DNA of 43,668 nt, the filler included, from Jimgerdemannia flammicorona (lineage: Eukaryota), in NCBI GenBank assembly GCA_003990765.1. It is 2 parts of 2 records of this genome, joined end to end, with 100 filler letters (N's around TTAATTAATTAA, not from the genome) between each part and the next. Parts side by side here need not be neighbours in the genome. Positions count along the whole stretch, not along the records: positions 1 to 21,788 come from RBNJ01001394.1; 1 more part is not named here. The stretch is one strand, 5' to 3'. Position 1 is the first letter of the stretch; every line of letters starts with the position of its first letter. Both the position numbers and the translations under genes were made by a program. The notes below the pieces were generated by a model. The model searched no databases. It was not told where the DNA came from and saw only the letters and a list, made by a program, of their open reading frames with translations. Shown here one piece after another: positions 1 to 11,884 of this stretch.

Positions 1-465
1 GCCATCTCCCCTCCCATCCCGACATCACCCGAAAAGCAGTCACCTACGCCAGAACCGCGCTCGCCGGGAAGCTCGCCAAAGCCAGAGGGCCCCACCACAG
101 GCACCGAGGACCTGCAGGTAACCTACACTGAGCACTTGATGCCCAAGGTCGGCCGACTCCCTACGTAGCCCGAGACACACCGAGACAGCACCTTGTTGAC
201 GACGGCAAAAGGAAGAAGGCGCCGCACCAAAACGGATGCACTCCAGACGCAGCCGAAGATACCAGAAACCGCGAAAAAGTGGAGAAGACACCGATCCGAC
301 ACCGATAAAGGGGCAACTCATCACCATTGCCCTCCTCCCACTATGCCCATGCAGGCACAGCAAACCAACCTGAGGTAGAGGGGGTAACAATAGGGGAAAG
401 GGAACTCGGAAGGTCGCCTACCAAACCTTGTGACCGGTAAGGTAGCGGAGAAAGGGGCTTGTGTT

Positions 466-2690
466 CACCTTTCTCTAGTCCCTGATATCTCAGCCTAGCT
501 GCCAATACTCTCATCCTCACCTCCTCCTCTCTCCTCAGTAAATCCTGTAGCTTAGCCACCTCTAGCTTAACCCACTGAACCTGCCAGTCCATCTTCTCTT
601 CCTCCTCCAACAGCTCTGCTCATTGTAATAGTAGCTTTTTCAGCCACTGAGATGCCTACCAGACTCTTCTATGCCACTGAGTACTCCATACCTTCCCTGT
701 CTCTCTCCAAAAACACTGAGCCTCAGACTTCAATCTGCATCACTTCTATGCTCACATTCTCTCCTGTTAAATCCAAGTCCTGCTCAGTCTTGACATCTGT
801 CTCTAATTTCTGCTGTTCATCCAGAGCTACCAATAACTCTATACAATTCTCCCCATCCACCAGTTCCATGGTCACCTGGTACTCCTCACACACTATTTGC
901 CATTTTACCAGCCCATTTCTTGGCCCCCACAGATATGATATCTGCTCATTTGCAATATCCAGAAGAGTTGCCTCTTGAGTCCCATCTATCTTATACTCTT
1001 TCTCCTCTAATAGTGCTACCAGTATCTCATCTCTCAGTCTCCTTACCATGCCCTCACCCCTCAGCACTTCTCTCTAGAAGGCCTCACTGATTACTTGGAA
1101 ATCCACCTCTCCCAACTCCTCCACTACTACATTCTTTATAGCCTTCCACAGCCACTTTTCTCCACCAACTGCCTCCTTCCTTCAGGCTGACTTCTGCCCT
1201 CCAGCTCCTCTGCCCTCTTCCTTCTCAGTCCTTATAGATTCATCTCATCCATCTTTAGATACATCCTGTAACTCCTTCTCTCTAATGCCAGACACTCTAT
1301 ACTGAATTGAAGTCTCCTCTACCATCTCTGTATCTGCCGCCACCTCCTTCAACCCCAGTCCCAATTCACTCCCCTGGCCTTCCCCTTGTTGCTCTGGCTC
1401 AGCCTATATACTAGCTCTTATGCCCTCTCCTCCAGTTACCTTGGCACCCTTTGGTTCTCCTCCCAGGTGTAACAACAGCTCCTTCTGCACCTTCCTCTCC
1501 TGTCTCTTCTCCCAGAGAGTCTGGTCCATCTGCACCTTCTTGCCATTGATGACTTCAACCACTGTCCTTATCTCATACTTCTTCTAAGCCTTTTACCTCC
1601 TCTTGACTACTCCCACTATATCTTTCAGTACCTTCAGTAGGTTCTTCTCCTCCTCAGATATCTCTAGCACTTTCAATATCTTGTATTTCACTGGTCTCCA
1701 CCTTAGTACCACTGACCAGTCCCTCCCTTTCCCTGTATTCTTCTTTCCTACTAGCTTCACTTAGATATCTACATCTCCAGTCCTGAGCTCTGTCCCCTTC
1801 TAGACCTGAAATCCAATATTGACAATATTGCCAAACTTCTTGACAGTATTCTCTATCAGCTGTCTTGCTTTCTCCTTCCTAATAGTTAACAGGTCTGCTA
1901 CACCAGTTGAACCACCCAGAGGTTCCAGTGCATCACCTTGCTATTGGAACTGCTACTCTCCTAATTACCAGCCTCTTCTCTAAAGCCTCCAACAGTAGCT
2001 CCTCCTCCTTGAAGCTGATCTCTACTAACTTGAGCTTTTTCAAAAACTTCACTGAGGCTGCACTCTTCATCTCTTTAGTCAAGAGCCCCAGCACTATCTT
2101 TACCATCACCACTAGGCCCCAGAAGCACATTGTAACTGTAAATTTGGATCTTAACTTCTTGAGTAATAGAGCTGCCACCAGCCTCATCATACTATCTACT
2201 AGATTCCTAGGCCTCATGCTCTTCCCACAACTCAGTCCATCATCAGTAGTCTCATCTAGATTTTTTTCCAGATTGCCTGTTATGCTCTCATCAGCAGTCA
2301 CCTCATCAACCACTATACTATCAGCCCCACTACTCTGGCCCCCCAGGGGCTCCCCCCTTCCTCCCTATAGCTACCTTTCCCTTACTCAGCTCCAGCTACT
2401 CATCCAGTCCTGTTGCTCATACTTCTATCTTGACCTTATCAGCAAAGGTCAACTATCTGCTCTCCTGCTGCCTTGTTCCATCTCTTCTACCATCACTGAT
2501 CCTCTGTCTTCTTAGAGAGGTACTTGGCATCTCCAAATCTGCACCTTGATCTCACTCCATATACTGCCAGTCAAAGGCACTGAGGCCACCCTATCCCTAG
2601 ATTACTCATTGCTCACCATGTTATTAGTATCTTTCTACTAAAAATAATATTTGAAGTATTGTCAGAAGTTTGTACATATAACCTAATTGT
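466..2690 (-). mobile_element. L1/Tx1-like LINE copy 1: 5' end plus decayed ORF1, endonuclease deleted, 3' truncated
   Basis: ORF1 remnants (ATG 2619, stop 723; KFTVTMCFWGL..SVKFLKKLKLVEISF, EILVALLEEKEY) are homologous to ORF1 at 37920-39968. 466-720 matches the ORF2 linker (KLEVAKLQ..RLRYQGLEKGE). The 5' end begins ACAATT as in the other copies. Confidence 0.85.
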
Positions 2691-3706
2691 TACTAGAGAA
2701 AGATGCCTGATTAGATCCTATTATAGTAGAAAAGTAATATTAGATTATATAATTAGTATAGTTAAGGAGTTGAAATGAGAGATATTGATTGTGAGATTAT
2801 ATTATACAAAAGAGTATTATATCAAAGAGATCTTTTCCTCTAAAGACATTTTGTTTTATATTTTAATTTTAGATAAACAAAGAGTCTATCAGGTGAATGA
2901 TAGTCAGGAATACTAAAAGAGGTAGAGATTTCTGCACTTTCAAATAAAGGAGTTTATTTAGTATTAATATTTTAAAACAACTATAGGAGTCTAAAGTAAA
3001 TAGGAATTACCTATATTTTTTTATTTATTTTATACAACTTTATACATGTTATATCTCTTTGACTGTTTTGTACCTATATTTAAAAATAAGATTTTAAAAG
3101 TTTATAACTTTTATTATATAATAATTTTACCTTTGGTAAAAATTTTATAAAAAAAAAAAAATTTTTTTTTAAACAAATTGAGATATATTTTTAACAGAAA
3201 AACACTGTTTCAAAAAATTAATTTTTTTCAAACCTTAATTTGTCTGCTAAATAATTTTAAAAGATGATCTTATTTATAGTCAAAGAGATATAGTATTCTA
3301 TAAGAAAAATATCTGTTAAAGTATTTGGACCATATCTATATTCAAAATATTTATATTATTTGAAATAATATATAGATATATATATTGTCTGAATTATAGT
3401 CTCACTCAGTATCAATTTTACCATTAGTAGCTAGATAGTTATAATCTTGATATTTAGAATTAAACACCATAATCTAATAGCAAATATATATTCTATAAAT
3501 ATATATATCTATTATGAAATTAGTTTTTCTTTATTATTAATATATATAGATAAAAAAAGACAGCTTTGAAGATAAATTGTACTATTGTCCAAATATTAGC
3601 AAAGTCAATAAAGATAGATAATTATTACATTCTCATCATTGTTATTCTATTTCAATAATATTAGCAAATAATTAATTTTCTCTCAAAATAAGAAATAGAA
3701 GTTAGA

Positions 3707-5415
3707 TTTTTTTTTTTTATTTTATTTTTTATTTTTATCTCTCAGACTTCAATCTTTATTATAGTTCCAGTCTAACTCAATATAATATAGCAATCCCTCC
3801 CACTATCCAATCCCCCTAGGAGGATTGCCCCCTACTCCCTCATAATTAAATACATACTATTAGACCTATTAACCATTATCACCCTTCTATTGCTCTACCT
3901 ACAGATCTCCTCTACTAGATGGTAGTGATGCCTATCTTAAGAGTCCCACTCCAGCTACCAACTAGACAGAATATCTACCACTAGACCCTTCTATCATACT
4001 AGCTTTTCCTCCAATCATATTCTTCTCTCCTCCTCAAATACAAATAGCCAATGTCTAGCCAAACCCACCTATACTGCTATTACTCACTCAAGAGTAAGCC
4101 ACTTACTATCAATGTCCTCTAATAAATACTCCCTCAAATTCTCTCATCTGCTCCTTCCAACATCTTGCCTTCTTGATATACTAAGCTGATTACTCACTAC
4201 TATCCAGAAATTTCCAAGAATCTTAAACTCACTCAGTGAATATTCAGGCATCTGTATTAAACCTTCTTCCTGTTCTATATTATAGTACTTCTCATAATAA
4301 AATACTCTCCTATCTACCAAGTGTCTAAAGTGAAAATTCAACATAACATTTCTCCTTAACATATACCACCATATCACCCAGAATTTGGGAGAAAGCTATC
4401 AACACATCTCTACACACTAGGACCAGGCCTCTGCCCAGTTCCACTTCTCACTGATCCCCACCATCTACCAGGAGATAGGCTATAGATCTTGCCCTGGTCT
4501 GCTCTGATACTCTACTCTATCCTCTATATCAAAAGTTAACAAGCAGGAAGCCACTTAGTATCAATCTGTTCCACTGCCACATCACCAGTCCCCACTGTTT
4601 CTTCCTCTCATTATCTTGTCAGATAATTTAATTTAATGTGCTCCATCTATTACTTCCCATTAGAAACCTCTATATCTTAAGTGACCCCTGCTCCCCAGGT
4701 CCACCAATGATAGCAAATCACCTGAAGAGCTCCTCAGAGAGTACTTTCTCTCTCAGACCTTCTGCATTAGAGGTATCTATCCTCTCCCTTGCAACTCCAT
4801 AGCTCTCTTCAGCTACCATATCTGCAAACAGTAGAGTCTCTTAGAGAGGTCTACCTGACCCATATCTCCTTGATCCATTGGTAGTATAAGAATGTCCCAA
4901 CTAATCTGAGATCTCTCTTTAGTCCAGATCTAGCCCTTTACTATCTTCAAAAGCCTTTTCACTATCTAAGCTAAAAAGTCTAAGTAATATGCCAAATACT
5001 ACAACTTAGACAGCCAGTAAATATTCAGAATTAATACTTGGTCTATTAGAGAGATATAGCAATCTCCCTAACTCTGAAGTATCTCTCTCCAGCTAATCAC
5101 TCTCTGCTTCCACTAAATCTTGAGCAAGACAGACTCATACACTAACAGAAAAATCCCCAGATACTATACTGCTTTACCAGCAGAGACAATTGTTCCAATG
5201 ATATTTCCACCTATCAGATCATTCTCAAGTACCATTATCTCACACTTATACTAGTTGAGTTTTACTCCAGAATAGGTCTTATATCATTCCACAGTCTTCT
5301 TAAGAATCCTGACATTGGCAATTGAGCCAAGGTCAACTACAATTTATCTATAAAGTCTCCAACTTTCCAAACAATCCCAAAGATAGAGAGATCACTCACT
5401 CTATAGCAAATCCTA
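3707..5415 (-). mobile_element. LINE copy 2: 3' part (end of RT, C-terminal domain, 3' UTR, poly(A))
   Basis: Poly(T) tract at 3707-3735. IWWYMLRRNVMLNFHFRHLVD, GNDLIGGNIIGTIV and YLGIFL align with ORF2 of copies 4-6. Confidence 0.88.
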
Positions 5416-5984
5416 ACATTTGTATAATAATTACTTATTCTATCTCTATATATAGTAGCTGGAGCTATGAAAGCTAATAATTCAAAACAAAGTAAGATAT
5501 GTAATATTTGTTAAAATATGATTTAATTCACATTCTTATATTTATAGTTATTATTAAATATCTCATTATATTAAAAACCAATTACTTACAAAAGTCTATA
5601 CTCAGCCTAGTTTAGAATAATTACTATCTTATTACTATCATTTTATTCTTAAGTATATTTATTAGAATAATTTCAATATTGACTTATAATATATAGCAAA
5701 TAATAAATCTTGAACTCTTTTTCAAATGTTGAAAAAGTGAGGTATATTATCATTAGAGATCAATATAGTAGTTATAGTAATAAATTATAAGGTATACTTG
5801 GGTATACAGTAATATAACTAATTTATTTATAATTGGACATATGAAATTTAATTATGTGACTGATTGAGAAGATTCTCCTAATAGTAAATAGTTATATTAC
5901 TCAAGAAGAAATGTATACATATACTCAATAAATTCTATAAGCAGACTGATATAGAACAATATGAAATTTACTAAGTATACTAGT

Positions 5985-6779
5985 TGTAATACCTCTCACT
6001 TCTATCTCTCTCTTATACTTTGGATAATTAGGGAAGTAAGACTATTACTTAGGGACTTAGTACACAATGTGTACCAAGAAGCCTTTAGTTTGAGGAAGTG
6101 TTCACTTAAAAGTAGTTATAGCAGCAGTACCTTATCTTTCAAAGATCTTTCTCTTTTGCCCTATCTTTTAAGGATCTTGTTCTTTGCTGTGCATAGACTG
6201 AATTCACCTTGGAATTCAGGTTCAATGGGTTTACTTAAGTCTTTGGGGATTTATATACTAGTCTCAGTTCTGGCAGAAGTTAGCTAGACTTCTGGAGTTT
6301 AGTCAGAAACACTAGAGTTACTTAGATGTCATTACTAAGACTTAGGGGAATGTGTGTGTGTAGGGGGAACTTGATTCTTGTATCAAGGACAGAACTAAAA
6401 CTGCTTTATTTCAGATGGAAACTGAGGGGTATTTATACAAGTTGGTCCATGATTTCTGACTAAGTATGAGTGACTAATTTGGTAACTATAGTGAGGTTTG
6501 TGATTGCAACCTTTGTCAGGTAGTTTTTGGCAAAAACAACTTTGTGATCAGGACCTCAATTACTAGGCAATGATCAGCTGCTGTGGCAACAGTTGCTGCG
6601 GCGCCGATTGTCAGGGATAAACTGGATATCGTTTTTCGCGTCGTTTTCCGCATCGTTCGTTCGTTCGTCATTCGTAATATCATTCGTCACGCTCGATCGT
6701 ATGATGACGTCATCGCTCGCCGGGTCACGTGATCGCTCGTCGCGTCTCATCTGTTCACTTGCTCGTTCGTTCTATTACA
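5985..6779 (-). mobile_element. Solo LTR (795 bp)
   Basis: Termini TGTAATA...TATTACA. 5-bp TSD CTAGT at 5980-5984 and 6780-6784. Minus-strand TATA (GTATAAATACCCC) near 6426-6438, as in the other LTRs here. Confidence 0.85.
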
Positions 6780-6803
6780 CTAGTTTGAGGAGCTACCAGC
6801 AAC

Positions 6804-7226
6804 GAGCGAGGGCGCTGGGAGGATTTGAAATCTAGGCTAGTGGGTGGTGTGGGTAATGAATGGCTCACTGTAGGGTGGGTTTTAGCTATTTGGGTAGGGC
6901 TGACTGGACACTGGCTCTTCATGTTTGAGGAGAGATGACAGATAGGTCTGCAAGAAAAGTTACTAAGGTGGGAGGGGTTGATGGGTGAGTTATTGACAGG
7001 GTGGTGGGTGGGCTGGGGTCCCCAGGGTGGGCATCATCACCATCTGGTGGAAGGGATATGTGAACAGAGCAGTGGTTGGATTGTGATGGTTAATAATCTT
7101 ATGGTCTTTAATTGAGTAGAAGTAGAGAGAGAAGGGCCCCCTAGGGGGATTGGATAGGGGTGGGCTCAATGTATTTATATGGGATAGATTGGTGTATTAA
7201 TAAAGGAAGGAGTCCAAGAGACTATA

Positions 7227-7285
<59 letters not shown>
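6804..7285 (+). mobile_element. LINE copy 3: 5'-truncated insertion with ~60-nt poly(A) and 13-bp TSD
   Basis: Close reverse complement of ~8119-8570. TSD AGCTACCAGCAAC (6791-6803) / AGCTACCAGTAAT (7286-7298). Confidence 0.92.
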
Positions 7286-7290
<5 letters not shown>

Positions 7291-7760
7291 CCAGTAATAA
7301 TAATAGTAGGGTGCTAGATACTGATATGAATATATTACTTCTTAATAGATAATTATAAGCCATATTATCAAGATATATAATAATGAGAATTTTAATATTC
7401 TTTGTAAGTGAATGCTTATAAATATAGAAAACTAAAAGAGAACAGAACATGATATATATAAGAGAGCAGCATAGCATGATATGTAGAATAAGGTGTGGGT
7501 AATTCTGCCCTACTGTGCCTGGCATAGTCAAGCTGCTAGACAATAGTTAGCCTAGGTTTAATAGGAGTATAGAGTACTCAGTAATTAATAGAGAAGAGTT
7601 TTAGCCTATATAGTCTAGATTCCCTTCCAATAAAATCCATGGGACTTCAGGTTCATAAAATAAAAAAAAACAAGAGAGTAGCATATGTGATTGTTACTAT
7701 CAATGGAGTTATTAGAACTACTGAGTGATTTCTTTGATCTTCTTATTAGATAAGTATGTT

Positions 7761-7890
7761 GTCAAAAAGCAGTCATACATATATGACTGCTTTTCCGATG
7801 AGTGGCTTAGATAAACATTTTCATGCCTTCCTTATTGGAAAAGCAGTTATACCTGTTCAGGCATAAATAACTGCTTTCTGATGAGTGGCT
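7761..7890. repeat. Four alternating inverted copies of a ~20-bp motif
   Basis: AAAAGCAGTCATA-cata-TATGACTGCTTTT is a perfect 13-bp stem, followed by CTTATTGGAAAAGCAGTTAT...ATAACTGCTTTCTGATGAG. Confidence 0.8.
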
Positions 7891-8118
7891 AGTATCTTTT
7901 CTTCAAAAATGATGTTATAAGTATTACCAGAAGGTTGTGTAATCTGAATATTACTGGAGAAAGATGGGGAAAGATCTCTTTGATATGACACTCTTTTATA
8001 TAATATAATCTCACAATCAATATCTCTTATTTCAACTTCTTAACTATGCTAGTCATATAATCTAATATTACTCTTCTACTACAATAGGATCTAGTCAATA
8101 TATAACTCTTTCTACAAG

Positions 8119-8149
<31 letters not shown>

Positions 8150-8214
8150 GACTCTTAGACTCCTTTCTTTATTAATACACCAATCTATCCCATATAAATA
8201 CATTGAGCCCACCC

Positions 8215-11200
8215 CTATCCAATCACCCTAGGGGGCCCTTCTCCCTCTACTCCTTCTTGATTAAAGACCATAAGATCATTAACCATTGTAATCTGACCAC
8301 TACTCTGTTCACATATCCCTTCTACCAGATGGTAACAATACCTACCCCGGAGACCCCAGCCCACCCACCACTCTGTCAATAACTCACCCATCAACTCCTC
8401 CCACCTTAGCAACTTTTCCTGCAGACCTATCTGTTGCCCCTCTTCAAAAACAAAGAGCCAGTGTCCAGCCAGTCCTACTCAAATAGCTAAAACTCACCCT
8501 ACAGTGAGCCATTCATTTCCCACACCACCTACTAGCCTAGATTTCAAATCCTCCCAGTGCCCTCACTCCCCATCCAGCCTCTTCTCCAAACTCAACCAAT
8601 CCCCCACTGCTATCCAAAAGTCCCCTAGAATCTCACATTCTCCCAGCCAATGTTCTGGTATCTATACAAAACTCCCAACTTGCCCTACATTATAACACTC
8701 CTCACAATCTAAATGGCTACCATCCATCAGATGACCAGTACAGAAATTCAATATTACATTCATCTGCAGCATCCTCTACCATATCACTCAGAACTTGGGA
8801 GGAAGCCATCTCCTTACCTCAGTACTCCATGACCAGACTCTGGCCCAGTCCCACTCCTCACCAATTCTCACTACCTACCAACTACTTGGCCAAATATTCT
8901 GACCAAGACCCCACTAACACTTGATCCCATTACTAATATCAAACTCAGAAAGTGGAATGCCCCCCAGAAGCAGTCTGTCCCATCTCTACATAGCTGGTCT
9001 CTACAGCATCTCCCCCTCATTACTCCTCCAGTATAGGCCAATACAGTGTACTCCATCCACCACCCCCTACCAGAAGCCCTTATATCACAGTCATCAGCTT
9101 CTATCCAGGTCTACCAGAGATAGCAAATCTCCTAATGACCCCCAAGGAGAGAATCTCATCTCCCATACCTTCTGCATTAGTGGCACCCAACCCTCTCCTT
9201 GCAGTTCAACAGTTCTTTTCAACCACCAAGCTTGCAGGCAGCACAGCCTTTTAGAAAAATCCACAAGGCCTAGACCTCCCCTAGTCACTGATGCTGCAAG
9301 AGTATCCCAGCTGATCTGGGACCTCCTTCCTGCCCAAATCCAATCTCAAGCCAGTTTTGTCAGTCTCTTCACCACCTAAGCTGGAAAGTCTAAGTAATAG
9401 GTCACATGCCATAGCTTGGGGAACCAGTAGACATTCAAAATCAATACCTGACCTGCAAGGGAGATATGGCAACCTCCCCAACCTCTAAGGGCCTCCCCCC
9501 ACATGACCACCCTCCTTTCTCACCACACTCATGGTAAAACAGATCTATATACAGAGAGGAAGATACCCAGATACTGTACTATCTCTCTTGTGGGGACAAT
9601 TGTTCCAATGACATCCCCCCCCACTAGCCCATTCCCCAAAACCATTGTCTCACACTTATGCTAGTTGAGTTTTACTCCAGAGTGCACCTCATACCATTCC
9701 ACTATATCCTTAAGTGTCTCAACATCTGCCACTGATCTAAGTCTAACTACCATATTATCTGCAAAGGCCCCCACCTTCTACACCTCCCCATATATAGAGA
9801 GCCCTGCCACCTTTCATCATATTCTATCCATCAAAGGTTTCAATGAAAGAGCATAAAGAATAGGAGACAGCAGGTCCCCCTAAGGAACTCCTCTATCCAA
9901 GGGAAATGCCAAACTCCAGTGACCATTATATATCAGTATAGCTCTACTGCCCTCTAGCAGATTCAATATTGAAGCTCGAAATTGTGAGGGAACACCAATT
10001 CTATCCAGCACCTTTCCCAGCCATATATGCTGAACACAGTCATAGGTCTTCTCCTGGTCCAAAAAGACCAGTCTTCCATCCAGTCCACAAGCCTGAGCCC
10101 CTTCAATGATGCCATACACCCAGGCAGTCTCATCTCTGATAAGCCTGCCTCCAATAAAGCCCTACTGCTCCTCACCCAGCACCTGTTGGGCAACCTTCTG
10201 TAGCCTCACAATAATCACCTTAGTCACTATCTTCCTGTCTATATCCAGAAGCATGATCAGTCTCCAGTTCTTCCAGTCCTCTCTCCTCCCCTTGTCTTTG
10301 TACAATAAGGCCACCAGCCCCAAGTCCTGCTCTCCAACCCACTCACCATTCAGAAGAACATGGTCACAGAGGACTACCATCTCTCCTAACACTCCAGAGA
10401 CCTTCACCATCTTCTTCCAGAAGTCCCAAGGTAACCCATCCTCTCCTGGTACTGTCTCAATTTTAGTTGCTACAAGGACTCTCTGGATCTCCTCCTCTTG
10501 GACTAGTAAGATCAAGTCACCAAGTTCCTCTACTTGCAGTGAGTCCTACTCCTCCAGCATATCTCCAATTGCCTCTTCATCTGAACCCCCTTTCTTCTCA
10601 CTCTACAGACCCCTCCATCTCTCCTTCAGTATCCCCAAGATCTGTTGTGTGCCATACACCATTTCCCCCTCAGTATCAAAGACCTCATTCCATCAATATC
10701 ATACCCTCCTAGCTTGGAGGAGTCTAGACAAGTACCTAGTAGGCTGCTCTCCCTCCTCAAGCCCCTGCCACCATAATTTGGCAGCCATTTCTTTCATACA
10801 AATCTCCTCCTCCTCTCTCAATACCTGTTGCAGCTCCACTATCTCCAACTTTGCCCTCTCCAACCACCAATCCTCCACCTCTTCAAAAGAAAGCAAATCA
10901 GCCCATTTCATCTGCAATCTAATCAGCCTATTAGAAGCACACCTTACTCACTTCCTTCTTTGCCTCCCAGCCTCCCTACCAGCTCCTCCCCAATAAACTC
11001 TCACAGCCTCCTTCAACCTCATTCAATGGACACCCACAGAAGAACCCTCATATATCCAGCTAACAATCTTCTCTTGAATGTCCTCTACCCATGGATCCCA
11101 CAACACCTTCTCAGCCAGCAGAGAGGAGTTAAGGTGCCAATATCTGGGTCCATCTCCACTCTCCCCAAACCACCCCTACTCCAATAGCCCCCAGTAATCA

Positions 11201-11863
11201 GACCATGTGCATCACTCTACCTCCAGAGTCCTCCAAACATCCACACCCCAACATTTGGCCATCAGAATCCAGTCAATCCTTGTACTCAGTCCATTCACCC
11301 AGTATATATAGACCCTTGTGTTACCCACTGTATCCTGCCCATATCTCCTAAGGAGCTAAGGTTCTCCACCTCTTTCCACTTATCCAGACCACCACTCCTC
11401 TCACCTGCACTCCTCCCCCCATCCATCCTATCTAACTGTGGATCCTGCACCATATTAAAGTCACCTCCCAGAACATTGACACCTTCTTCTAAGAGAATGC
11501 TCTTCTTCAAAAGATCCCTAATCCACTCAATCCACTTACTCCTAACCACAGGGCAGTAGTAGGAGCTAATTCTTACCCAGGTTGATGCTATTCTCTCCAG
11601 ACCAAACAGTTACCCCATCTTCTGATTCTGCTCAAATCTCCTCTACCCTTCCTCATCAGAATCACTACTTTGCCACTCCAAGCAGTAGCTCCTCCCCATT
11701 CTCTAGTCCAATCCACCTGATTTTTCTCATCCTCACACCATACATCCTGCAGTAAAAAGAGATCAGCCTCTAATCTCTTAAGCTAAGTAAAAATGTTCTT
11801 ATGCTGCCCAGATCCCCTTAATCCATTCACATTCAGAGAGAAAATGTTAGTTGTACTGTTTAT
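8215..11863 (-). pseudogene. LINE ORF2 (APE endonuclease - RT - CCHC)
   Basis: NIFSLNVNGLRG, LGGDFN, RID, WxLNSSLL; PGEDGL, KNWRLIMLLDIDRKI, LDQEKTYD, GVP*GD, AFADN; CEEC..PEHWLGEC. Many stops. Confidence 0.92.
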
Positions 11864-11884
11864 AAGAAATAATGTTGATTATCA

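Noticed and set aside
5420..5984. Gene remnant in AT-rich DNA (also 2850-3700, 7300-7650, 13980-14350)
   Set aside because: Probably ancient transposon coding sequence, but too mutated to assign by eye.
7175..7543. Poly-Phe and poly-Lys ORFs (also 8027-8212, 32367-32696)
   Set aside because: Translations of poly(A)/poly(T) tracts.
7790..7915. Hammerhead ribozyme (CTGATGAG..GAAA)
   Set aside because: No proper stem II or III; the motif is explained by the inverted 20-mer repeat.
7970..8097. Rpn/PD-(D/E)XK-like peptide (QS..YL.FQLL.YA)
   Set aside because: Too short and decayed, and the catalytic Glu cannot be restored by transitions.
10106..10996. Long Ser/Pro-rich antisense ORFs (also 1907-2515, 38939-39739, 39150-39833)
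   Set aside because: These are shadows of the purine-rich LINE coding strand and are not kept open between copies.
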